A stretch of DNA of 64,000 nt from Candidatus Methanomethylicia archaeon (lineage in GTDB: Archaea; Thermoproteota; Methanomethylicia; Nezhaarchaeales; B40-G2). Position numbers and translations under genes: made by a program. Where the stretch lies: contig JAPDJI010000014.1 in NCBI GenBank assembly GCA_029259155.1, forward strand, positions 1 to 64,000, in the 5' to 3' direction. Under the pieces are notes generated by a model. That model was not told the origin of the DNA, did no database searches, and worked only from the letters and a program-made list of their open reading frames with translations. Each line of letters opens with the position of its first letter. Within the stretch, counting starts at the first letter, position 1. Below are positions 36,636-46,915 of the stretch, piece after piece.

Positions 36636-37850
36636 GTGAGGAGAGACCTCCTAGCTCTTATCGGTAACAGTATCTGTGTATGGTTTCCAGGAGCCGTAAC
36701 CTTCGGCCTCATAGGTCTCCTCACCCCTACTTGGGCAGAGATGTTTGGTGTAGGTCGTGGCCCTCTAGGTTTAGTCATGACGTTTCTTCTAGCATCGCTA
36801 GGGTTATTCATGTTTCTTGGAGGAAGATGGTCCGATAGGTATGGAGCCAGACTGATAGCTACTATAGGTTCAATAATCGCAGCGGTATCCTTGGCACTCT
36901 TCACTTTCTCTGAAAGCTTAGACATGTTATACCTACTAGCCTTTAGCTGGGGCGCTGGGATATGCCTAGTATACGTACCTACGGTCAGTAGCGCGCAGCG
37001 ATGGTTTCCTCGAAGGAGGGGGATGGCGTCAGGAATAGTTAGCATGCTTTTCGGTATATCAGCGGCCTTCATGATCCCCGTCTTTCGTTACTGGATGGAT
37101 AACCTAGGCTACTCTGCGACGCTTCTCATTACAGCTATACTTACTGTGGTGGTTGGAGTGCTTTCAGCCCAACTCATAGAGTTCCCGGAGAGATTAAGCC
37201 CTGTTTTGTTAGTTATATCTAAAAGGCTTGAAGAAAGTAAGGCTGAGAGAAAACAAGAGACTCTCTATACTTTGCGTGAAGCGCTGAAGACTAAGGCCTT
37301 TTGGCTTACATGGCTTACATGGGCTCTATGTGGAGGGGCAGGTATAGGCATGGTTGTATTTTCCACGTCGATCAGCTTAGAACTGGGGCTCACCACTGCG
37401 ATGGCGGCTACTGCCTTGGCTGCCTTTAACCTAACCAATGGGCTTGGGAGGATGATGAGCGGAATACTTTCTGACAGGATTGGGAGGGTCACGGTTATGT
37501 CTTCGCTTTACATAGCGGGTGCAGGAGGCTTCTTCCTTTTACTGGCTGGTAAAGGCCTTCCACACATTGTATTGCTATCCAACCTCCTTGCTGGACTAGC
37601 TTTCGGGACGTTGTTCGCGGTGTCAGCCCCCTTCATCATGGATTGCTTCGGCACTAAACACTATGGTGCCATCTTTGGCTTCACCTTCACTGCCTATGGT
37701 TTTGTTGGAAGCTGGATAGGACCCTTCATAGGAGGCCTTCTAAGAGATCTGACAGGTAGTTACCAAGTAACTTGCTTAGTGTTTGGCTTATACTGTTTAG
37801 CCTCAGCAGCCTCGATTTTTCTAGCTAAACCCCCTCACTCTAAACCCTAG
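36636..37850 (+). CDS. MFS transporter, oxalate/formate antiporter (OFA)-like
   Basis: GRWSDRYG, RWFPRRRGMASG, NGLGR..GILSDRIGR, FGTKHYG. Confidence 0.85.
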   Translation: MRRDLLALIGNSICVWFPGAVTFGLIGLLTPTWAEMFGVGRGPLGLVMTFLLASLGLFMFLGGRWSDRYGARLIATIGSIIAAVSLALFTFSESLDMLYLLAFSWGAGICLVYVPTVSSAQRWFPRRRGMASGIVSMLFGISAAFMIPVFRYWMDNLGYSATLLITAILTVVVGVLSAQLIEFPERLSPVLLVISKRLEESKAERKQETLYTLREALKTKAFWLTWLTWALCGGAGIGMVVFSTSISLELGLTTAMAATALAAFNLTNGLGRMMSGILSDRIGRVTVMSSLYIAGAGGFFLLLAGKGLPHIVLLSNLLAGLAFGTLFAVSAPFIMDCFGTKHYGAIFGFTFTAYGFVGSWIGPFIGGLLRDLTGSYQVTCLVFGLYCLASAASIFLAKPPHSKP

Positions 37851-37889
37851 AATCGAGTACGCTTCAGTTAATCTTAGATTTGTTTCTAC

Positions 37890-38921
37890 TCAACATACTC
37901 TAGGTATCGGTTCCCCTATAGGAGTCTCCACGATCCTTTTACCGCCTACCTCAGTCTCTAGGATAACGAAGCCAGACCTCTCAGCTGTAGCCTCACCGAT
38001 AATGGCTGCCCCTCTACCATGCTTTGTAGTCTTAATGGCGCTGAGGACTTCCTCGGCCTTATCACGCTTAACCCCTAGCACTGCTCTACCTTCACAGGTA
38101 ACCTCTAAAGGATCTAGGCCAAGCATCTCAGAGGCGGCCCTAACCTCAGGCTTAACGGGTATAGAGGCCTCCCAAAGACTTATGCCCACTCCTGACTTGC
38201 TAGCCATTTCATTTAACGCAGCTGCTAGTCCTCCGCGCGTCGGGTCTTTAGCAGCTGTCACTCCCCCTACTTTGAGAGCAGCCTCTATCACGTCCCATAT
38301 CGGTGCTACGTCAGATACGAGCTTTGTTTCAAAGCTTAAACCTTCCCTGACGGAGGCTAAGGCTATTCCATGGTCGCCAACCGTACCCGTCACTATTATT
38401 AAGTCTCCTGGCTTAAGCCCTGAGTCTCTAAGCGCGTTTCCCTGCTTTATGAACCCTACACCGCATGTAGTGATCACCATATTGTCTAGGCGGCCTTTAG
38501 GCATCACCTTGAAGTCCCCGCTTATAATGGCGACCCCTGCTTCCTTGGCTGCCTCGTCCATTGACTTAGCTATACGTCGAAGGTCCTCCACGGGGAGGCC
38601 TTCCTCCACCACTATGGCGTCGACTATAGCTACTGGCTTAGCACCCATAACAGCTAAGTCGTTGACTGTTCCTGCCACGGCAAGCCTACCTATATCACCT
38701 CCCGGGAAGAAGATAGGATCCACGGTGTGGGAGTCTATTGTGACCACCACCTCAATGTCTCCTACAGGTATGGTAGCTCCATCGTCCAGCTCGTCGAGAC
38801 CTATCCCCTCACCAACCTTCCTTAACGTAAAGTTAGGCATTAACACCTTAGCTAGCAGCTCTGACATCGCTGCGCCTCCACCGCCATGTATTAGTTGGAT
38901 GACATCCTTTGACAACTTCAA
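37890..38921 (-). CDS. hypE: Hydrogenase maturation protein HypE
   Basis: HGGGG, FFPGGDIGRLAVAGTVNDL, DPTRGG, C-terminal PRVC. Confidence 0.96.
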   Translation of the reverse strand: MKLSKDVIQLIHGGGGAAMSELLAKVLMPNFTLRKVGEGIGLDELDDGATIPVGDIEVVVTIDSHTVDPIFFPGGDIGRLAVAGTVNDLAVMGAKPVAIVDAIVVEEGLPVEDLRRIAKSMDEAAKEAGVAIISGDFKVMPKGRLDNMVITTCGVGFIKQGNALRDSGLKPGDLIIVTGTVGDHGIALASVREGLSFETKLVSDVAPIWDVIEAALKVGGVTAAKDPTRGGLAAALNEMASKSGVGISLWEASIPVKPEVRAASEMLGLDPLEVTCEGRAVLGVKRDKAEEVLSAIKTTKHGRGAAIIGEATAERSGFVILETEVGGKRIVETPIGEPIPRVC

Positions 38922-38965
38922 CGCCTCACCTCGACTACTCTCAACCCTCTTAAAAGTGCATTTAT

Positions 38966-41290
38966 CTAGCTAGCAAGCCTTGCTGCTGCTATTGCTACTT
39001 GGCCTAAGGATATCCCTCCGTCGCCGCTTGGAGCTTTAATATGTCTATAGAACCTTAACCCTCTAGCTTCAACCATCTCCCTTATCTTCCTAGTTATGCG
39101 GTCGTTATAGGCGACGCCGCCGCTGAAACCGATAGCCTTAATCCCTTCTTTTTCAGCAGCCTCAATGGCCATTAGCGCCAATCCTTTAGCTAATGCTTCC
39201 TGTACCGCAGCCGCTACATCAGCTCTTCCAGCCCCCCTCCTATAAGCATCTAGAGCCTCGACCAGGATAAGCGGGGTGTCTAACCACATGCAGTTATCTC
39301 CACCACTTTTAACCCTCACCGGCAGGTCAAGGTAGCTTGGATCACCGCTGGAGGCTAGTGCTTCAAGCTTTATGGCAGGCTCACCTTCATAAGTCCTCTC
39401 CAGACAGGCCTTAAGCATAACCGAGGCTGCATCCAAAACCCTACCGGTGCTAGTCGTGTAGGGGTGGCTTTGCTTCTCGAGCTGTTTAGCTACGACCTCG
39501 ACTTCAGCCTCACCGTGTCTAAAGCCTTCCAGGTACTCTGACATGACCACTTGGATGGCTTCGCCAATACCGAGTACCTGGCTCAACGCCGACATGAGCA
39601 TCCTGGCCGGGTAACGAGCGCAAAGATCTCCTCCAGGCATTGGTAGCCTAGCTAGCCTTCCAACCCTCTTGAAGCCAAGGTAGCTGGCGACGAGTACTTC
39701 TCCTCCCCAAGCCTCTCCGTCAAGGCCATAGCCTATCCCGTCAGCCGCTATACATATGAAGGTTTCATCCAGCCCTAGGCCGTGTTCAGCCATGAGGCTG
39801 GCGGCGTGAGCATGGTGGTGCTGCACTTCCAACAGCTCGGCATCAAAGCGCTCTGCCAGCTCCTTAGCTAACCTCCTCGTCAAGAAGCGTGGGTGAAGGT
39901 CGCAGGCTACCACTTCGACCTTATCGATGCTCAGCAGCCTCTTTAAGGACTCTAGGCTTGAAGCTAGGTAATCGTAGGTTTCAAGCCTATCTACATCGCC
40001 TATATACTGAGTTGGATAGCAGTGGTCTCTCTTTAGTATCGCTCCGGTGACGTTTTCTTCAGCTCCTACAGCTATTGCTGAGCCTTTAGACGTAAAGCTT
40101 AGCTTAAAGGGCTCCATTACGTAGCCCCTGGACCTCCTAATGGGGTTAGGTTTACCGTCGACCAGCTTTACCACGGAGTCGTCGCAGCGGTTTACGATGC
40201 GGCGGTTATGTAGTAAGAGGTAGTCAACTATGCCTTGTAGCTGTTTAAAGGCAGCCTCGTTATCTATGGCCATGGGCTCACCAGGCTCGTTGCCGCTCGT
40301 CATGATGACTGCAGGCTCGTTGAGGTGGCTTAGTAAGACATGATGTATGCCTGAGTAAGCTAACATCGCACCTACGCTATCAAGCCCTGGAGCTATCAGC
40401 TCAGAGAGCCTAAATGGCTCAAGCTTCTTCAATAGTAGGATAGGCCTCCTAAATGAGGTTAGGAGTTCCTCCTCAAGCTTCGATACGTTAGCGTACGTCT
40501 TGACCTGCTCCAGCGTCCTAGACATGACAGCTAAGGGTCGCTGAGGTCTACGTTTACGTCTACGCAACTTAGCTACTACCTCATCGTCCGTAGCTAGAGC
40601 AGCGACATGTACTCCACCTATTCCTTTAACGCCTACCACGTAGCCTTCCTTTATGAGGCGCGCAGCTTCCCTTAATGGATCGTCGACCGCAATTTCCTCC
40701 TTATCAATGGAGTAGAGCTTCATCTGTGGGCCGCAGCGCCAGCAACATACAGGCTCAGCGTGATGTCTCCTATCTAGAGGATCATGGTACTCTCGAGCGC
40801 AGTCTTCACACATAGGAAAATCTACCATGGAGGTCCTGACGCGGTCGTATGGCAGGTCTAGTATAATGGTGAACCTCGGCCCGCAGTAACTGCAAACTAT
40901 GAAGGGGTAGAGGTATCTTCTACCTCCAGGCGTGAAAAGTTCTTTCAAACATTCTTCACAAGTAGCTATGTCAGGCGGAGGGTTAGAGAAGCCTCCTGCA
41001 GCGGCTTCCTTATCGCTCTCCTCTATTTTAAACTCGGTTAGGCCTTTAGTTTCTTCCCACTTTACGTCTAGTCTCTCATATAGGGCTAAAGGAGGCTTCT
41101 CTTCCACGAGCTTCTTCAAGAAGTTCTCCAGCCTTCCCTCCTCGCCTTCTACTACTATCTCTACGCCTGCATCGCCAAGGTTCTTAACATAGCCTTTTAA
41201 CCCATTTCTAACAGCTATGCGGTAGACGAATGGCCTAAATCCTACCCCCTGTACTACACCGCTGCAACGTATCACAGCTCTCCTCAACAA
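38966..41290 (-). CDS. hypF: Carbamoyltransferase HypF
   Basis: GVVQGVGFRPF, zinc fingers, KGIGG, QHHHAH, DGGISLGQ. Confidence 0.96.
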   Translation of the reverse strand: MLRRAVIRCSGVVQGVGFRPFVYRIAVRNGLKGYVKNLGDAGVEIVVEGEEGRLENFLKKLVEEKPPLALYERLDVKWEETKGLTEFKIEESDKEAAAGGFSNPPPDIATCEECLKELFTPGGRRYLYPFIVCSYCGPRFTIILDLPYDRVRTSMVDFPMCEDCAREYHDPLDRRHHAEPVCCWRCGPQMKLYSIDKEEIAVDDPLREAARLIKEGYVVGVKGIGGVHVAALATDDEVVAKLRRRKRRPQRPLAVMSRTLEQVKTYANVSKLEEELLTSFRRPILLLKKLEPFRLSELIAPGLDSVGAMLAYSGIHHVLLSHLNEPAVIMTSGNEPGEPMAIDNEAAFKQLQGIVDYLLLHNRRIVNRCDDSVVKLVDGKPNPIRRSRGYVMEPFKLSFTSKGSAIAVGAEENVTGAILKRDHCYPTQYIGDVDRLETYDYLASSLESLKRLLSIDKVEVVACDLHPRFLTRRLAKELAERFDAELLEVQHHHAHAASLMAEHGLGLDETFICIAADGIGYGLDGEAWGGEVLVASYLGFKRVGRLARLPMPGGDLCARYPARMLMSALSQVLGIGEAIQVVMSEYLEGFRHGEAEVEVVAKQLEKQSHPYTTSTGRVLDAASVMLKACLERTYEGEPAIKLEALASSGDPSYLDLPVRVKSGGDNCMWLDTPLILVEALDAYRRGAGRADVAAAVQEALAKGLALMAIEAAEKEGIKAIGFSGGVAYNDRITRKIREMVEARGLRFYRHIKAPSGDGGISLGQVAIAAARLAS

Positions 41291-41403
41291 GTTTTACCAT
41301 GCTCCTAATGTTTTAAGCCGGTTTAACATCAATCCTCCTGCATTATAGCTTTGCGTTGCTTTTCAAGGATCTTTGCCGTTGAAGCCTTTATTAAGCAGTA
41401 ATC

Positions 41404-42075
41404 GTGCTTGCACCTAAAAACCTGGCGGATGAAAAAATGAGCCTAGGGTTTCTCTTAAAGATCTCATTGATCAGTTGCTCGGGAGCTTTAGCTCCAGGAC
41501 CCTTGACAGCAGCGACGGCGGCGCTAGGCGTTAAGAGAGGCTGGAGAGGTGGTTTTTGGGTTGGCATGGGTCACATGTTAGTGGAAGCTCCACTGGTATT
41601 GTTGGTTGGGCTAGGTTTAGTAGTAGCTCTTACATCAAGGATGGCAGTGGTTGGGCTTAGTCTAGCTGGCGGGTTTTTCATGTTGGGATTTGCGGCTTTA
41701 ACCTTTAGGGATGCCTTCAAGTTCAAGGGGCTGGAGGGTGGAGGTGAAGGTGGACGGTTTTCCTCGCCTATACTGGTGGGAGTAGGCTTGACAGCTTTGA
41801 ACCCCTTCTTCATTATCTGGTGGGGCACCGTGGGGGCGCCCTTAATCCTCGAAGGACTTGGTTATTGGGGTCTGCCTGGTTTAATACCGCTTTACGCGGC
41901 TCACGTATGGTTGGACTATGCTTGGCTTAGCTTAGTGGCCCACTTAACCTCGCTGGGTGGCAGTAGGGCTAAGATATATAGGGCTATGCTGATTGGCTTC
42001 TCCATCTTCTTGGTAGTGTTCGGCGTCGACTTCGTATACTACGCTTTGACGGAGACCTACCTTCTTCCGCTTTAA
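41404..42075 (+). CDS. LysE-family translocator
   Basis: SGALAPGP, GHMLVE, LNPFFIIWW; start may be ATG 41437. Confidence 0.85.
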   Translation: MLAPKNLADEKMSLGFLLKISLISCSGALAPGPLTAATAALGVKRGWRGGFWVGMGHMLVEAPLVLLVGLGLVVALTSRMAVVGLSLAGGFFMLGFAALTFRDAFKFKGLEGGGEGGRFSSPILVGVGLTALNPFFIIWWGTVGAPLILEGLGYWGLPGLIPLYAAHVWLDYAWLSLVAHLTSLGGSRAKIYRAMLIGFSIFLVVFGVDFVYYALTETYLLPL

Positions 42076-42132
42076 AGCACGGTTGCAACGTTGTAGAGAA
42101 TAAGTTTAAGGCAAGCCTCCAAGTCGAGGTTA

Positions 42133-43242
42133 TTGAAGGAAACGGTGTTTGATGTGAAGTTCAGTAAAGCCATCGAGATTGGAGAGATCAAGGTCTGGCT
42201 GGTCTGGTTTGATAGCTTAGGTGCGAAGTCAAGCTGCATTTTAGTTGAGACCCCTGACGTGAAAGTTCTCGTGGACCCTGGCGTAGCTGAGATGCAGCCT
42301 AGTTACCCATTAAGCTGGGACGAGAAGCTACGTCTACGCGACGAAGCGTTCAACGCTATCTTAGAGGCTTCAAAGCAGGCAGACGTGATTACAGTGAGCC
42401 ACTACCACTACGATCACCATACGTTGCCGTCGGAGGCGCCCGCGCTTTATGCTGGCAAGAAACTATTAATCAAGGACCCTAACACCTGGATTAACGGGTC
42501 ACAGTGGGATAGAGCCAGGCTTTTCCTAGATGAACTACACCGCGTACTGGGTGGAGGAGGACTTGAGGAACTGCTCATAGAGCCCAGCAGCTTAGAAGTA
42601 AAGGATCCACTCAGCGAGCTACCGTTGGCTTCATCCAAGGATTATGGAGATTATGGTACTAGGAAACGGGAGCTTCTGCTGAAGGGTAAGAAGTGGTTTG
42701 AAGGTTTAGTGGAGGATTGGCGTAGTAAACCTTGGGTCAGGGAGTTTAAGCTGAGCGGTGTGGAGGTTTACTTCGCTGATGGTAAAAGCTTTCATTATGG
42801 CTCTACAGAGCTTAAGTTCTCAAAACCGTTGTTCCACGGATTGGAGTATGATAAGCTTGGCTGGGTGCTTATGTTAACTGTGAAGCACCAAGGCGTTAAA
42901 GTGGTGCATTCTTCTGATCTTCAAGGCCCAGTAATAGAGGACTACGCCGAGATGATCATAGCTGAACGCCCGGACCTCGTGGTGCTTGATGGTCCACCTA
43001 CCTACCTCTTTGGTTACACTTTAAACCGCATTAATTTGAAGAGGGCGGAGGAAAACGCTAAACGTATAGCTGAGGAGTCGGGGGCCAAGCTGATAATTTA
43101 TGATCACCACCTCCTCCGGGACCGCCTTTATAAGCATAGGCTTGAAGGTCTTTACAGCTCGGTTTCGAGCAGTAAATTAATGACCGCAGCTGAGTGGCTA
43201 GGGGAGCGGCCTCTAATATTGAAGGTGGCAGGCGAAGTCTAA
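42133..43242 (+). CDS. UPF0282-like metallo-beta-lactamase-fold protein
   Basis: FDSLGAKS, VDPG, SHYHYDH, SDLQGP, GPPTYL, DHHLLRD. Confidence 0.8.
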   Translation: MKETVFDVKFSKAIEIGEIKVWLVWFDSLGAKSSCILVETPDVKVLVDPGVAEMQPSYPLSWDEKLRLRDEAFNAILEASKQADVITVSHYHYDHHTLPSEAPALYAGKKLLIKDPNTWINGSQWDRARLFLDELHRVLGGGGLEELLIEPSSLEVKDPLSELPLASSKDYGDYGTRKRELLLKGKKWFEGLVEDWRSKPWVREFKLSGVEVYFADGKSFHYGSTELKFSKPLFHGLEYDKLGWVLMLTVKHQGVKVVHSSDLQGPVIEDYAEMIIAERPDLVVLDGPPTYLFGYTLNRINLKRAEENAKRIAEESGAKLIIYDHHLLRDRLYKHRLEGLYSSVSSSKLMTAAEWLGERPLILKVAGEV

Positions 43243-43303
43243 AACCTAATCTCTCTACACCAAGTTTTATTTAAGAGCGTGGAGCGTTAGGCTTGGTGGG
43301 ACG

Positions 43304-45385
43304 ATACCTGTCGTAGAAAAGGTCAGGAAAAGAGATGGTAGATTAGAGGGCTTTAATATAGATAAGATAGCCTCTGCCATAGCTAAGGCGTTCGCAGCTG
43401 TAGGTGAACCCGATGGAGAACGTGCGCGTCAATTAGCGCTGAAAGTAGTGAGCGTGGTAGAGGAGAGGTTTAAGGAGGCGGTGCCTAGCGTCGAGGACAT
43501 CCAGGACATAGTTGAGGAGGAGCTAATTAAGGCTGGTTACGCGAAGGTGGCAAAGGCCTACATCCTTTATAGGCAGAAAAGAGCTGAGGTAAGAGGACTT
43601 AAGAGCATCTACGGCGTCAAGGATGACCTTAAGCTCTCCGTAAACGCGATAAGGGTGTTAGAACGCCGCTACCTCCTTAAGGACCGTGAAGGCAGAGTGA
43701 TAGAGACCACGAGCCAGCTATTTTGGAGGGTGGCTAGGGCAATAGCAGCGGTCGATGAGTTTTACGGGGCTTCACGAGACGAAGCGGCTAGGTCGGAGGT
43801 AGAGTTTTATCGAATGATGGCTGGACTAGAGTTTCTACCTAACTCTCCCACCTTAATGAACGCAGGGACAGATATAGGTCAACTCTCAGCTTGTTTTGTA
43901 TTGCCTGTAGATGACTCGATTGAAGGTATCTTCGACGCCTTAAAGCTCATGGCTATAATCCATAAAAGTGGTGGTGGAACTGGCTTCAGTTTCTCTAGGC
44001 TTAGGCCTAGGGGCGACGCAGTAGCCTCCACTATGGGTGTAGCCTCCGGCCCACTCTCTTTCATGAAGATTTTCGATGTAGCTACAGAAGTAATCAAGCA
44101 GGGAGGTAAACGTAGAGGAGCCAATATGGGTGTGCTCCGCGTAGACCACCCTGACATACTTGAGTTCGTAGATGCAAAATCTACGCCGGAAGCCTTCAGC
44201 AACTTCAACCTCTCCGTGGCGGTTACCGACGAGTTTATGGAGGCAGTTAAGGAGAACAGGGACTATGCACTCGTCAACCCTAGGACGAGGGAGACCGTTA
44301 AGAGGCTTCCTGCTCGCGATGTCTTCGACTTAATCGTAGCTAATGCTTGGCGGACAGGCGACCCAGGCCTACTTTTCATAGATGAGATCAATAGGCATAA
44401 TCCTACCCCTAAACTAGGGACGATCGAGGCCACTAATCCCTGTGGAGAGGTACCTTTGCTGCCTTATGAATCCTGTAATTTAGGGTCTATCAACCTCTCC
44501 AAGATGGTTAAGAGAGGCGAGGTAGATTGGGAAAAGCTTGAAAGGACCGTGGAGAAGGCGGTCCACTTCCTGGATAACGTAATAGACGCTAATCGTTACC
44601 CTGTCCCTGAGATCGAGCATATGACAAAGCTGAACCGTAAGATAGGCTTGGGTATAATGGGCTTCGCAGAGATGTTAATCCAGATGGAGATACCTTATGA
44701 CTCCGAGGAGGCTTTGAAGATAGCAGAGAAGGTGATGAGTTTTATCTCGGAAAGAGCAAGGGAAGAATCAGTGGAATTAGGGAGGCTTAGAGGCTCTTTC
44801 CCTAGCTTTGAAGAAAGTATCTGGTCTTCTAAATTTGATGCGCTGCGCAACGCCACAGTAACCTCCATAGCTCCAACCGGCACGATAAGCATCATCGCGA
44901 ATACCACGAGCAGCATCGAGCCCATCTTCGCTCTAGCTTACGTTAGACAGGTTCTAGAGGGGGTTAGGCTCCTTGAAGTAAACCCGCTATTTGAAAAAGT
45001 GGCTAAAGAGAGGGGTTTCTATAGCCAAGAATTAATGTTGAAGGTGGCGAAGGCCGGGTCTGTCAGGGAGCTTTCCGAAGTACCCAGTGACGTTAGGGAA
45101 CTCTTCGTGACGGCTTTAGAGGTAGAACCGGAGTGGCACGTCAAGGTACAAGCAACTTTTCAGAGGTACGTGGATAACGCGGTGGCTAAGACCATAAACC
45201 TTCGGCCTGAAGCCTCCATGGAGGAGGTTAGGAAAGCCTTCATGTTAGCTTATGAGCTCAAGTGTAAGGGTATAACCATATATAGATATGGTAGTAAACC
45301 CACTCAGGTCCTATACATCGGGCTAGGCCTAGAAGCTGAGGCGGAACCAACTTCAGGTTGTCCTTCCAGTGTATGTGCGCCGTGA
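43304..45385 (+). CDS. nrdJ: Class II (adenosylcobalamin-dependent) ribonucleotide reductase with N-terminal ATP cone
   Basis: FLPNSPTLMNAG, LSACFV, GGGTG, TNPCGE, CNLGSINL, IAPTGT; ATP cone VRKRDGR lies upstream of the ORF-track start 43448, so the start is uncertain. Confidence 0.9.
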   Translation: MPVVEKVRKRDGRLEGFNIDKIASAIAKAFAAVGEPDGERARQLALKVVSVVEERFKEAVPSVEDIQDIVEEELIKAGYAKVAKAYILYRQKRAEVRGLKSIYGVKDDLKLSVNAIRVLERRYLLKDREGRVIETTSQLFWRVARAIAAVDEFYGASRDEAARSEVEFYRMMAGLEFLPNSPTLMNAGTDIGQLSACFVLPVDDSIEGIFDALKLMAIIHKSGGGTGFSFSRLRPRGDAVASTMGVASGPLSFMKIFDVATEVIKQGGKRRGANMGVLRVDHPDILEFVDAKSTPEAFSNFNLSVAVTDEFMEAVKENRDYALVNPRTRETVKRLPARDVFDLIVANAWRTGDPGLLFIDEINRHNPTPKLGTIEATNPCGEVPLLPYESCNLGSINLSKMVKRGEVDWEKLERTVEKAVHFLDNVIDANRYPVPEIEHMTKLNRKIGLGIMGFAEMLIQMEIPYDSEEALKIAEKVMSFISERAREESVELGRLRGSFPSFEESIWSSKFDALRNATVTSIAPTGTISIIANTTSSIEPIFALAYVRQVLEGVRLLEVNPLFEKVAKERGFYSQELMLKVAKAGSVRELSEVPSDVRELFVTALEVEPEWHVKVQATFQRYVDNAVAKTINLRPEASMEEVRKAFMLAYELKCKGITIYRYGSKPTQVLYIGLGLEAEAEPTSGCPSSVCAP

Positions 45386-45579
45386 ATCGCCTTTAAACCA
45401 TGTTCATGTATATTTGCCCTATATGGGTGGTCGTTGGCTGGTGCCTATCTTAGCTCGAGAAGGTGATGTGGAGTGGAAAATATAAATAACACATTTCTAA
45501 AAAAACTCACACTGAGGTGCCTGTGGATGCAGACCGCTAACCCCCTCCTTTCACCTCCTTTTCTGGGTTAAGTTTCGTT

Positions 45580-45990
45580 ATGGAGGAATGGAGCTTGAGA
45601 CGTTTGTCGTTGGATGAGGCGGCTGTCTTTCATGGCCACCTAGGGCCATTCTTAGCGTTAGGGTATCGAGCAGGAGAGATTGTTGTTGAGATCCTGAAGC
45701 CTAGCTCCTTCAACGAATTGAAGGCGGTGGTACGTTGTCCCCTCAAGACGCCTTATTCCTGCTTCATCGACGGCGTCCAATGCTCCACCTGTTGTACTGT
45801 GGGAAAGAGGACTCTGGAGATTGTTGAAGGAGATGGTATAACCTTAGAAGTAGAGGGACCTAGAGGAGGTAGGTTGAGGTTGAAGGTACGGGAAGAGGCC
45901 TTCTCCAAGATAAGGTCTACCAATAAGCTTGAAGAAGCTGCGAGATGGGTCTTAGACGCACCGTTAGAGGCTCTCTTCGAAATATTGTGA
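45580..45990 (+). CDS. FmdE-family protein
   Basis: FHGHLGPFLALGYR, SCFIDGVQ..CTVGK. Confidence 0.85.
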   Translation: MEEWSLRRLSLDEAAVFHGHLGPFLALGYRAGEIVVEILKPSSFNELKAVVRCPLKTPYSCFIDGVQCSTCCTVGKRTLEIVEGDGITLEVEGPRGGRLRLKVREEAFSKIRSTNKLEEAARWVLDAPLEALFEIL

Positions 45991-46247
45991 GGGGGATACG
46001 CCAACTTTATTGACACGTACGGTAAGGTGAGGCCATATATTGGGCCAACCTTGGTTAAGATGCATTAAAACCACCTTAGTTAAGGATCAGACCACGCATG
46101 GTTGAACCGTAATGTTGAAGCAAGTTGCTGGGATAAGAAGTAATAAGAGGGAGGTATACGAGATTAAAGGTAGGGGAGCATAACAATCGGTCAATTTTGG
46201 CCATGTTTTCTCATGAAAATAGAGCTCATGTCGAGCATCTTCCCTAG

Positions 46248-46850
46248 GTGGTTAAGTTGACGCTGAAGGATGAAGTGGAAGATAGGTTTAGGAAGCTTTC
46301 AGCTATAGCCTTAGGGTTAGACCTCCGTGAACTTGAAGAGGCCTCTGCCATGTTTATTGGAGGGAAAAGGAGGCTGCCCGTGAAGCCGAACCTTGTAGTG
46401 GACTACCTTGACCTTTTTGAAGCTTCGCTTATAGCTTCTTCACTGAAGAAGAAGGGGTTAAAGCTGGATGAAGCCTTTACACTTATCCCTGAAGGGGAAG
46501 GAAGTAGGTTCATCTTGGTGGCGAAGGCTTGTAGGGAGGTGGAGGAGGCGGTAAGTAAGTTAGATAAGGTAAGGGAGCTTGGCTATGCAAAGCCTATTGC
46601 CTTGAGGATCTTGAAGGAGTGGAGGGCACGATCAGGTAGACGTGAAGGGGATGTGGATGAGGCGCTACACTTAGCCATGGAGGTAATGAAGGCTAAGGAG
46701 GAAGCGTTGTCAAAGAGGTGTCCTAGGTGTGGCGGTGCTGTAGCAAGGGTAGTGGAGAGAGCGAGAGGTGAGGTGTTCGTGGTTACTATTGAGAGGACTT
46801 GCTGTGGTTATGTAGAGCGCCTTAAGGTACCCATTAAGCAGCCGCGGTAG
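46248..46850 (+). CDS. Hypothetical protein with C-terminal zinc ribbon
   Basis: CPRCGG..CCGY. Confidence 0.65.
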   Translation: MVKLTLKDEVEDRFRKLSAIALGLDLRELEEASAMFIGGKRRLPVKPNLVVDYLDLFEASLIASSLKKKGLKLDEAFTLIPEGEGSRFILVAKACREVEEAVSKLDKVRELGYAKPIALRILKEWRARSGRREGDVDEALHLAMEVMKAKEEALSKRCPRCGGAVARVVERARGEVFVVTIERTCCGYVERLKVPIKQPR

Positions 46851-46915
46851 TCAGGATTAAGGCGAGGTAGATTTATTTAAGAGGCTACGCTTCACCTCGT
46901 CACGAAGGTGGCTCT

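Noticed and set aside
37300-37325. Short tandem TGGCTTACA repeat
   Set aside because: Encodes WLTWLTW in an MFS helix; too short to be meaningful
38002-38973. 323-aa plus-strand ORF
   Set aside because: Antisense to hypE over nearly its whole length, with no recognisable motifs
43448-45385. Intein in the ribonucleotide reductase
   Set aside because: Core motifs are contiguous and the protein is compact
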